Below are positions 7,947 through 15,045 of a stretch of DNA of 15,045 nt, piece by piece. Every line of letters starts with the position of its first letter. The stretch's first letter is position 1. Made by a program: the position numbers and the translations under genes. The stretch spans positions 1-15,045 of the forward strand of contig CAXTKV010000134.1 of assembly GCA_964244895.1 (NCBI GenBank), read 5' to 3'. The notes below the pieces were generated by a model, which was not told the DNA's origin, searched no databases, and worked only from the letters and a program-made list of their open reading frames with translations. Origin of the DNA: an uncultured Deinococcales bacterium. GTDB lineage: Bacteria > Deinococcota > Deinococci > Deinococcales > JAAFIG01.

Positions 7947-8975
7947 TCACTTTGTGAGCAATTGACGAACCAAATCCCAAGTACCCGAGAGGCCGTTGCT
8001 CGAGAAGCTACCTGTGATCCGTTTGTTGCTCGGGTTGTTTACGAATACCGCTTTGGATGGCTTCCCGTCAGCGCTGGTGAACAGCCAGAACAGCGGAAAG
8101 CCTTGAGGTACAGATTTCCCATCGCATTCAAAAGTCGTATTAATGACACTGCTTCCCAGACCGAAGTACGACAACTTCTCATCGGTAAAGTCCTTGAAGT
8201 CAACGATGAACCGAATCGATTGAACCACCGTCGTCTGACCCGTGGGCTTGAACAGGCAACGACCTTGCGGTTGGTTGAAGCCCGGCCCGATTTCCTGGAG
8301 AATCGTCATGTCATACGTCACCAGACTGTTTAGAACTTCAGGTCCCGGACGAAAGACAACCTCGAAAGCAAGGTCGTACTCAAGACCCTTTACTGAAACC
8401 ATTCCACTGACTTTTCCGCGCCATTCCCAACACTTTTTCAACTCCAAAGCAATTTCATTGAGGACGCTCGCAGCGAATTGCTTGTTCCAGGCCACCGTGA
8501 TCGCTTCTTGCGCGGGTCCACTTGGTGCTTTGGTGAACTTGATTTCAACTTCTATGAGCACGGCATCTCGACAAACTTTTGCATCTTTTTCCATTCTGAT
8601 TTTCTTGGTTCGCGCAAGCTCGCCCGTAATGCTTTCTTCACGTTGCCTGAGATACCCAGGGTCATTTCTTCTCTGGCGCTCCTGAGAAACCTTGCCGTAC
8701 CAATTGGAAAACGCATCCTCCGCCCCATCGATCTCTGGCCAATCTTTTGCGGCTGCACTTTGCAGATCAATTTCTTTACCCTCGGCAGACAATGGGTCAG
8801 TCACTTGAGACACCACGGGTTCAATCCCCACTGAAGCATGTGATTTACCTTTGTACGACTCGAGGCGAGCAAAGCTTACGCGGGTCGGTGCATCCACGAA
8901 CCGCGCTCCAGCCCCAGACATCACGAGAAAACCAAGCAACACCATCAGCATTTGTTGAAATACGCGGATTCTCAT
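7947..8975 (-). CDS. Hypothetical secreted protein (342 aa)
   Basis: GAGAGGAG RBS before ATG. Signal-peptide-like N-terminus ending AGA. Visibly lower GC than neighbours. No recognised domain. Confidence 0.75.
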   Translation of the reverse strand: MRIRVFQQMLMVLLGFLVMSGAGARFVDAPTRVSFARLESYKGKSHASVGIEPVVSQVTDPLSAEGKEIDLQSAAAKDWPEIDGAEDAFSNWYGKVSQERQRRNDPGYLRQREESITGELARTKKIRMEKDAKVCRDAVLIEVEIKFTKAPSGPAQEAITVAWNKQFAASVLNEIALELKKCWEWRGKVSGMVSVKGLEYDLAFEVVFRPGPEVLNSLVTYDMTILQEIGPGFNQPQGRCLFKPTGQTTVVQSIRFIVDFKDFTDEKLSYFGLGSSVINTTFECDGKSVPQGFPLFWLFTSADGKPSKAVFVNNPSNKRITGSFSSNGLSGTWDLVRQLLTK

Positions 8976-9044
8976 TGCGTCTCCTCTCTTCTCTCACGGC
9001 ATAAAACCATCGCCGCCCTTCGAGCCGATCGGCGCTGCGCGGAT

Positions 9045-9569
9045 TCACGGCACAAAATTGTCCACTTTGCCTTCGAGCTCGAGCTTGAGCGTCCCACCGG
9101 CCTGCGTTTTCAGTTCCGCCTGAGCCGCAAAGCGCAGCGTCCCAGCCTCGAGACTGGTCGCGCGAAACGTGCCGGACGTGGCTTGCAAGCTTGTCCTGCC
9201 CTGGGTGTAACTCAGGTTGCAGGCCGTCACGCCCGCCACCCCCGGCGGGGACGTGTTGAGTTCGCAGGTGAATCCCGGCGCGAGTTTCGCGCCGATCTGA
9301 ACCTGTAGCGTGCGCTGATTTTCGGTTCCCCCACCGACTTGCGCCAGAACCTGCGTGAAGTACAGCGTCCCGACGCCCTGACCGGAGGCTTCGGTACGGC
9401 TGGCGTTGAAAGCGCTCAGATCCAGACCCATCGCGTCCCCGGTCGGGGCGGACAGGCGCACGCTGGCCTGGTTGGTGGTGGCTTTGGCGGCGGGCTTCTG
9501 TGCGACTGGGACGCAGGCGTTCAGCGCGACCGCGAGGCTGATGACCGAAACAATCGAGATTGTGTTCAT
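9045..9569 (-). CDS. Hypothetical lipoprotein (174 aa)
   Basis: Start re-assigned to ATG 9569 after GAAAGG. MNTISIVSVISLAVALNAC has lipobox LNAC. Beta-rich body with a Cys pair. Confidence 0.75.
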   Translation of the reverse strand: MNTISIVSVISLAVALNACVPVAQKPAAKATTNQASVRLSAPTGDAMGLDLSAFNASRTEASGQGVGTLYFTQVLAQVGGGTENQRTLQVQIGAKLAPGFTCELNTSPPGVAGVTACNLSYTQGRTSLQATSGTFRATSLEAGTLRFAAQAELKTQAGGTLKLELEGKVDNFVP

Positions 9570-9616
9570 GACTGACCTTTCTTGACCCAGAATGCTCGGG
9601 CGAATCGGGCGGAAGC

Positions 9617-10408
9617 TCATTCCTTGCGGTACTGCAACTCGAGACCATCCGTTGATTTCAGGAACAGGTAACGGTTGGCGTTGATCGGGTCGGTCTCGAA
9701 GCGGTACGCGAACGAGGTGATGGGCACGAGGCTCCGATCCTCCGAGTAACTGCCGCACCTGATGACTTTCATGAAGTTGCTGGTGGGGTAAAACGTGATC
9801 TGGTTCCCGGACGTGACCGCGTTGCCTGCCTCGCGCCGCTCGATGCGGTAGCAGCCGGTGGTGTCAATCAGCGTTCTCGAGTACGTGCCGTCGCTGTTGA
9901 TCGCGTAAATGTCCGTACCGCTGGCCTGGCTGATCCAACTGCCGACCACATCGGCGCTGACCTTTCCGGCGGGCGCTGGAGTCGTGCTGGGCGGGGCTGG
10001 GGGCGTGTTGGTTGCGGTGGCTTTGAGCGCGATGTCAATCTTGCTGGCGGGCGGTTTGACCCTGGTGCTGTCCGATCCGTAGCCGCCCAGGTAATCGATC
10101 GATTTGATCTCGCCGTTGGTATCCAGCGTGACTTTCGCGGCCAGCACGACGTAATCGCCCGCCGTCAGGTCAGGGATGGTGTAGGCGGCGCTCGAGCCGG
10201 ATTGCGAAATGGCCACGCCACCCGTTTTCTGGTCGTCGCAACTGTCCGTCCCGACCACAAAGCACGCGATCACGATCGTGTCCTTGACATCCACACCGTT
10301 CGGAACCGTGACCGTGCCGCTGATGGTTCCGGTGGGTGCGGTCTGACCCGCCGTCGGGCAGGCGGTCAGCGCGAGCGCCGTGAGCAGGCCAAGCCATAAT
10401 TTTTTCAT
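9617..10408 (-). CDS. Two-domain lipoprotein (carboxypeptidase-regulatory-like beta-sandwich, Pro/Thr linker, lipocalin-like beta domain)
   Basis: GGAGG RBS. MKKLWLGLLTALALTAC lipobox LTAC. GTISGTVT..YTIPDLTAGDYVVLA pattern, TNTPPAPPSTTPAPA linker, VVGSW..YAINSDGTY. Domain names are pattern-based. Confidence 0.8.
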   Translation of the reverse strand: MKKLWLGLLTALALTACPTAGQTAPTGTISGTVTVPNGVDVKDTIVIACFVVGTDSCDDQKTGGVAISQSGSSAAYTIPDLTAGDYVVLAAKVTLDTNGEIKSIDYLGGYGSDSTRVKPPASKIDIALKATATNTPPAPPSTTPAPAGKVSADVVGSWISQASGTDIYAINSDGTYSRTLIDTTGCYRIERREAGNAVTSGNQITFYPTSNFMKVIRCGSYSEDRSLVPITSFAYRFETDPINANRYLFLKSTDGLELQYRKE

Positions 10409-10620
10409 ACGTCCTCCGATGCGGGCTGTGACTTCGGGTCGGTCTGGGCGGGTTCAGGTTCGTCCAACGATCCGCTCAGGAACGCTGTCAGGCGCTCGAG
10501 GCTCGAGAAGAATCGGCGTTCCTGGGTGTTCGCTTCGGTCACGCTGGCGCGCCACGTCGGTGCGCTGGCGGTGGATTCAAACCAGATGCGGACGATGAAG
10601 GTCTGCGCTCGCGGGGTCAC
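10405..10620 (-). CDS. Small hypothetical protein (71 aa, MTPRAQTFIVRIWFE...ERRFFSSLERLTAFL)
   Basis: GTG 10620 lies 6 nt after AGGAGG (10632-10627). Stop overlaps the next ATG (ATGA). The longer 149-aa track ORF is probably over-extended. Confidence 0.75.
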   Translation of the reverse strand: MTPRAQTFIVRIWFESTASAPTWRASVTEANTQERRFFSSLERLTAFLSGSLDEPEPAQTDPKSQPASEDV

Positions 10621-10787
10621 GCGGGGCCTCCTGATGCTCCGGGACGGTCTCGAGAACACCGACCCAGACGTATTCTCATCGACACCGTCTGGGATGGTGT
10701 TGATGAACAGCCCGAGGGCGTGTCTCGACGAACACCCGCGGTCGCCATCGTGATCAGACCAGAGCGCATCATCTTGAATAGGTTCAT
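10617..10787 (-). CDS. Putative 56-aa leader ORF or gene remnant (MNLFKMMRSGLITMATAGVRR...GASGGPA)
   Basis: Hand-translated. AAGGAGG 5 nt before ATG 10787, and its TGA overlaps the GTG of the 71-aa gene (GTGA). The 3' half consists of REP-like palindromes. Confidence 0.45.
   Translation of the reverse strand: MNLFKMMRSGLITMATAGVRRDTPSGCSSTPSQTVSMRIRLGRCSRDRPGASGGPA
10652..10705. repeat. Two degenerate REP-like palindromes in the operon leader
   Basis: GAGAACACCGACCCAGACGTATTCTC (10652-10677) and CATCGACACCGTCT-G-GGATGGTGTTGATG (10677-10705). Confidence 0.55.
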
Positions 10788-10816
10788 CTCGACCTCCTTG
10801 AGTCATGCTCGAGAGA

Positions 10817-10849
10817 AGGTTACGAGGATCGGCGTGACGCCAGCGTGAC
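10817..10849 (-). promoter_or_regulatory. Putative SARP-activated promoter: GTCACGC-N4-GTCACGC, 9 nt, -10 TAACCT
   Basis: Heptamers at 10849-10843 and 10838-10832 (11-bp period), TAACCT at 10822-10817, no consensus -35. Geometry resembles SARP target promoters. Directly downstream of a SARP/BTAD gene. Confidence 0.6.
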
Positions 10850-10852
10850 AGC

Positions 10853-10911
10853 AAGAATACCGTCCAGGACGGTATTCTTAGGTTTTATGAGCATCACTCT
10901 GGATGGTGTTC
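10853..10911. repeat. REP-like perfect palindrome plus degenerate copy
   Basis: AAGAATACCGTCC-A-GGACGGTATTCTT (10853-10879) and CATCACTCTGGATGGTGTTC (10892-10911). Confidence 0.8.
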
Positions 10912-10916
10912 GAGCC

Positions 10917-13900
10917 CTACGCGAGTTGCGCTGCTCGGGCTGCCTCGAGAATCGCGGCGTTGACCGGGTTGCGCGTCAGGAACGAATCGCGGTACTCGGG
11001 CGGAACGCGCTGGTCGGCGGTCTCGAGCACCCAGGCGTAAGCGCGCTCGAGGGCTGCGCGGGCCTCGGGGTGACGGTTCGCCTCGAGCGCACGGTGGTGG
11101 GTCGAGAGGATTTCAGCGCGGCTCAAACCCTCGGGGTCGAACGCTTCGAGCAGGTTCACGGCGGCGCTCGCATGTTCAAGCGCCGCCTGAAAACTGTTCA
11201 AGGCGAGCGAGCCTTGAGCAATCCGCGCGTGGGCCGCGACCTGAAGACCACCGAGGTCGAGGACTCGGGCGGTCTCGAGGATCTCGCGCGCCAGCTCGAG
11301 GCTCGCTGGCAGCGGAAGAACGGTGCATCTCACCAGGTTCAGTCGGGCGCGCTCCGTCCGGCTCGCCGACGCACCCAGAATCGCCTCGGCGTCGTTCAGC
11401 AACCCGAGCGCCTCGCCCCGGCGACCCTGCCGCTGGCGCAATTGTGCGAGGGTACGACGGAAGACGGCACGGGAATTGAGGGTCGCGGGTTGACCCTCGA
11501 CCTCGTTCAGGAGGCGTTCGCAGACCTCATCCTGACCGACCCCCAGGTACGCGCCGACCAGGCGAGCGATCATGAACACCTCAGGCAGGCTGTTGGCACG
11601 ACTGAGTTCGAGCGCTTGGTTCAACAGCGCGAAGCCGCGCCGGTAATCCGCGCGTTCAAACCAGGCCGAACCCAGATGGAAGAGCGTGCGACGTTGGCCG
11701 TCCACGTTACCCTCGATCTCGCTCACGATGGTCTGTGCCGCCTCGAGAATCGGGATCGCCTCCCGGCAGCGTCCGACAGCGCGCAGGTTGAAGCTGAGGT
11801 TGTTCAGCACGATGGCTTGGAGCGGCTTGATCCCGTGGCGTTCCACCAGTTCCAGCGCCCGTCGGTAGTGCGCGCGCGCCTCGGCGTACCGATCCAGGTT
11901 ATCGCAGGCGAACCCCAGGTTGTTCAGCGCGTCCGAGAGTTCCGGCTCGAGTCCCGCTCGCTCGAAGAAGCTGCACACTTCCTCGAAGGCGCGCGCGGCC
12001 TCCTCGCGTCTCCCCAACTGCCAGACCGACCCCGCGATGACGTTCGCCAGTTCCGCCTGGGTTTGCTCATCGCCAGATTCGAGCGCGTGCGTCAGGCCGC
12101 GGCGCGCCATCCGTTCAGCTTCGAGGAAATCGCCGCGTTCGTACTGCAACTCTGCGCGCGCGCTCCAGGCCAGGGCGCGCTGTTTTGGCGTTTGCGCGTG
12201 TTCGATCAACCGCCCGATCAGCGACTCGAGGTGCGCGCCCGTGTCCGAGTGGCGCAGCAACGATCTGGCCGCCAGGAACGCCTCGAACGCCTCGGTGGGT
12301 CGGTTCTGGGCGCTGCGCATGTCGCCCGCGCGCTCGAAGGCCGCGATGGCCTCCGGGAGCCGGTACGCGGCTTCCGCCGCCCGGCCCGCCTCCATCAGGT
12401 GCGGCACGGCTTTTTGCTGATCGCCCGCCTCGAGCCAGTGGTGCGCAACCCGCGATGGCGCGACGCTGACGGTCTCGAGGTGTTCCGCGACCCGGCGGTG
12501 CAGCAGCGTGCGGATCGTGTTCGGCACGCCCTCGAGCGTCGCCTCCTGGATCAGGTCGTGCGCGAAGGCGTTGCCGCGCATGACCTGCGCGGCCTCGAGT
12601 TCGACCACGGCCTGCGTCAACTCGAGCGCGTCCGTCTGAAGCACGCGCGCGCCCAGTTCCAGATCGAAGTCCGCCCCCGCGACTGCCGCCGCCTGCGCCA
12701 GCCGCAGCGCACCCGGTGTCAGGCGCTCCAGGCGGCGGCGGATCAGCCCCCCGACCTTGCCGGGCGGCAGCAGGCGCATCGGTAGCGCGCCCGTCAGCTT
12801 GGCCTGCTCGAGTTGCTCGGTCTCGATCAGGTGCTTGACTGTTTCCACAATGAACAAGGGGTTCCCACCCGTGTACCGAACCATCGCGGGCGCGAGTCCA
12901 TCCAGGCCAGCCACCTGAATGCCGTCCAGCATGGCGCTCACTGCCTCCGTCCCCAGCGGCTCGAGTTCGATCAATATGGCCGCACCGGATTCGACGAGTT
13001 CGCGCACGCGGGCCGCGATCTCGGGTGGCAGTTCGCCGCTGCGGAAGGCGTTCAGGCTGCGCGGCCAGCCGCGGTGGGTCGCGTCCTCGAGCGAACGGGC
13101 GGTGATGAACGCGCCGACCTCGAAGCTGCCCGCGTCCATGAATTGCAGGTCGTCCAACACGATGCTGGCGATGCCGTGCCCCGCGAGCATCCCGGTCAGG
13201 TGCGCGACGGCCTGGAAGAATCGCAATTTCTCGGCCTCGTCGCGGATGGGCGGCGCGGCTTGCGCCTGGAGTTCCGGTGCGAGCCGCGAGAGTTCGCGGC
13301 GCACCCACGGCTCGAGCGAGCTGAGGGCTTCGGGGCTCGAGGCCAGAAACCGTCTCAGGCTGCGCGCGTGCGTCGAGTACGGCACGCCATCGTCACCGGG
13401 CCGACCCTCGAGCGGCGAGATCCCACCTTTACTGGCGGCGAAATCCATCATCAAGCGCGTCTTGCCGCAACCCGGCGGCCCGCCGATGAACGCGACCTGG
13501 CGCGCTGCCCAAGCCGCCTCGAGCCGCGCCCACTCGCGTTCGCGACCCGCCAGCACGGGCGGTCGCAGCACGCTGATCGGGATGCTCGAGCGGATCGGGG
13601 CGGGCAGGTCGGGAAGTTGCGATCCGCCCGCGATCAAGCTCGCGAGTTCGACGGTTTCCGGCAGCGGCTCGAGGCCCAGCTCGCGCAGCAGCACCTCGCG
13701 GCAGCGCTCGAAGGCGCTCAGGGCGGCGGAGCGGTCGCCCGCCAGGAACTGCAACCGCATCGCGCGGCGGTGCGCGTCCTCGGAGATCGGGTCGGCCCGG
13801 ATCAGGCGTTCCGCGTAGCCGAGCGCCAGCGCGTACTCGCCACCGCCTTCAGCCCGCTCACAGAGGGCGCTGAGCGCCTCTCGCCGCGCGTTCGTGAGGC

Positions 13901-14351
13901 GTTCGCGGGCGGACAGCACCCACGCTTCCAGATCCGGGCAATCGTCGTAATCGTGACCGGAAAGCAGCGCGCCGTCCAGTCGAAGCGCCGCCTCGTACTC
14001 GCCGGTGAAGGCCAGCGATTCGAGCTGCACGGTGTCCACCTCCAGATCGGGGCGCAACCTGAGGGTTTCGTCCGGCAAGACGATTTCCGTACCCAGCAGT
14101 TCGCGCAGGCGTTTCAGGCGCTGGCGCAGGTTGGCGCGCGCCGCGTCCTCGGTCGAATCCGGCCAGAGCAGACCCGCCAGTCTGGATCGCGGCGTCGGCC
14201 CCTCGAGCGCCAGATACGCCAGGAGGGCCGCCGAACGCCGCTCGAGCCCATCCAGCACCCGACCATCCCGCTCGAGCGCCGCCGAACCCAGCAGCCTCAA
14301 GCGCCATCGGGTCGCGGCGCGGGCGGGGCGTCGGACGCGATCCTGAGGCAT
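10917..14351 (-). CDS. SARP-family transcriptional activator: wHTH + BTAD + STAND/AAA ATPase + TPR (1144 aa)
   Basis: LRLLG...LLAYLAL...LAGLLWPDS...ARANLRQ (wHTH), BTAD (DPISEDAHRRAMRL...RELGLEP), Walker A GGPPGCGKT, Walker B IVLDDLQFMD, TGGNPLF, C-terminal TPRs (ALNNLG, YRRALEL). Confidence 0.92.
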   Translation of the reverse strand: MPQDRVRRPARAATRWRLRLLGSAALERDGRVLDGLERRSAALLAYLALEGPTPRSRLAGLLWPDSTEDAARANLRQRLKRLRELLGTEIVLPDETLRLRPDLEVDTVQLESLAFTGEYEAALRLDGALLSGHDYDDCPDLEAWVLSARERLTNARREALSALCERAEGGGEYALALGYAERLIRADPISEDAHRRAMRLQFLAGDRSAALSAFERCREVLLRELGLEPLPETVELASLIAGGSQLPDLPAPIRSSIPISVLRPPVLAGREREWARLEAAWAARQVAFIGGPPGCGKTRLMMDFAASKGGISPLEGRPGDDGVPYSTHARSLRRFLASSPEALSSLEPWVRRELSRLAPELQAQAAPPIRDEAEKLRFFQAVAHLTGMLAGHGIASIVLDDLQFMDAGSFEVGAFITARSLEDATHRGWPRSLNAFRSGELPPEIAARVRELVESGAAILIELEPLGTEAVSAMLDGIQVAGLDGLAPAMVRYTGGNPLFIVETVKHLIETEQLEQAKLTGALPMRLLPPGKVGGLIRRRLERLTPGALRLAQAAAVAGADFDLELGARVLQTDALELTQAVVELEAAQVMRGNAFAHDLIQEATLEGVPNTIRTLLHRRVAEHLETVSVAPSRVAHHWLEAGDQQKAVPHLMEAGRAAEAAYRLPEAIAAFERAGDMRSAQNRPTEAFEAFLAARSLLRHSDTGAHLESLIGRLIEHAQTPKQRALAWSARAELQYERGDFLEAERMARRGLTHALESGDEQTQAELANVIAGSVWQLGRREEAARAFEEVCSFFERAGLEPELSDALNNLGFACDNLDRYAEARAHYRRALELVERHGIKPLQAIVLNNLSFNLRAVGRCREAIPILEAAQTIVSEIEGNVDGQRRTLFHLGSAWFERADYRRGFALLNQALELSRANSLPEVFMIARLVGAYLGVGQDEVCERLLNEVEGQPATLNSRAVFRRTLAQLRQRQGRRGEALGLLNDAEAILGASASRTERARLNLVRCTVLPLPASLELAREILETARVLDLGGLQVAAHARIAQGSLALNSFQAALEHASAAVNLLEAFDPEGLSRAEILSTHHRALEANRHPEARAALERAYAWVLETADQRVPPEYRDSFLTRNPVNAAILEAARAAQLA

Positions 14352-14364
14352 CCCCTCGAGTGTA
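14352..14364 (-). promoter_or_regulatory. -10 element, probable leaderless start of SARP regulator
   Basis: Minus strand TACACT (14364-14359), 7 nt, then ATG 14351. Confidence 0.5.
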
Positions 14365-14399
14365 CGGGATCGGTCGGCTGGTCGCGTTCAGGCCACGAT

Positions 14400-14444
14400 A
14401 AACACCGTTCTGGACGGTGTTTCTTATTTGCATCCAGGACGGTG
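14400..14444. repeat. REP-like palindrome plus half copy
   Basis: AAACACCGTTC-T-GGACGGTGTTT (14400-14422) and TCCAGGACGGTG (14433-14444). Confidence 0.75.
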
Positions 14445-14546
14445 CGCTAGTGTTTCAACCCTTCGAGACTCGAGCGAACCGCGAATTGTGGACGAACTTT
14501 CTCGGGAATCGGAAGGTGATCCGCGCGACACCAGCCGAACGCGATT

Positions 14547-15008
14547 TCAAGATTTCGTCCACAACCGTTTGATCAGCCACTCGCCCGAGCCATCTTTGAG
14601 CCAGTCGGCCCGGAACGATCCTGAAACCTCAACGACTTTGCCCGCTGGCGTCTTGACTTTTTGATGGTACGAACCGGCCTGGACTGCCGTGTCGTTCTGA
14701 ACCACCGTGCTGGCCGGCGCGGTGCTGTTCTCCAGAATCTGATAGCCAGAGAAGCTCGCAAAGAGGGCTTCAATCGCGGCGCGCCCGCGCGTCGGGGTCT
14801 GTCCTTCGTGTTGGATTTCACCGTCCGGGTCGAAGAGTTCGGCGATTCCTCTGGAATCCAGGGCGCGGACGCGTTCGTCGTAAAGGCGCAATCTGGCCTC
14901 GACTCGAGCTGGCTCGGGGTCGTTCGTTTGCGCCATTTTTGCCCCTCCGTCACCCAGCAGCGCCAGGACGATCACACCGACGAGACTCGCCTGAACCCTT
15001 CGCATCAT
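14547..15008 (-). CDS. Secreted NTF2/SnoaL-like (DUF4440/YybH-type) protein
   Basis: Start ATG 15008 or 15005 after GGTGAGG. Hydrophobic N-terminus. GIAELFDPDG..TRGRAAIEALF..DTAVQAGSY..WLKDGSGEWLI is typical of the NTF2-like fold. Confidence 0.8.
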   Translation of the reverse strand: MMRRVQASLVGVIVLALLGDGGAKMAQTNDPEPARVEARLRLYDERVRALDSRGIAELFDPDGEIQHEGQTPTRGRAAIEALFASFSGYQILENSTAPASTVVQNDTAVQAGSYHQKVKTPAGKVVEVSGSFRADWLKDGSGEWLIKRLWTKS

Positions 15009-15045
15009 GGCCTCACCCCTTTGAATGGCTTTCACGAAAGTCTAG

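Noticed and set aside
9570..9758. 63-aa N-terminal extension of ORF 9045-9758
   Set aside because: Overlaps the upstream lipoprotein gene. ATG 9569 gives a proper lipoprotein signal.
10845..14450. Long + strand ORFs (646, 545, 299 aa) and alternative-frame minus ORFs
   Set aside because: Shadow ORFs of the GC-rich SARP gene with no recognisable motifs.

Overview
GC-rich bacterial chromosomal segment, most likely Deinococcota (inferred from a Thermus FadR-like TetR, a family-5 UDG, the sigA sequence and several apparently leaderless genes). Housekeeping core: uracil-DNA glycosylase (+), TetR/FadR-like regulator (-), glycogen synthase glgA (-) divergent from primary sigma factor rpoD/sigA (+). 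Accessory parts: a His-rich lipoprotein followed by a 22-bp tandem array, and a minus-strand module of a SARP/BTAD-STAND ATPase-TPR regulator upstream of an operon (56-aa ORF, 71-aa protein, two lipoproteins, one secreted protein) whose promoter has an 11-bp-phased GTCACGC heptamer pair. The window ends with an NTF2/SnoaL-like secreted protein. Elements missing from the ORF track: a 43-aa secreted-peptide gene (2723-2854, -) with its own RBS and terminator; an orphan minus-strand terminator (13-46) implying a small RNA that carries a 12-nt perfect complement to that peptide's RBS; a dispersed REP-like palindrome (AACACCGTCCWGGACGGTGTT) in five intergenic/leader regions; a MITE-like nested hairpin element after rpoD; and strong CTCGAG over-representation. 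No database searches were run; family calls rest on motif recognition.
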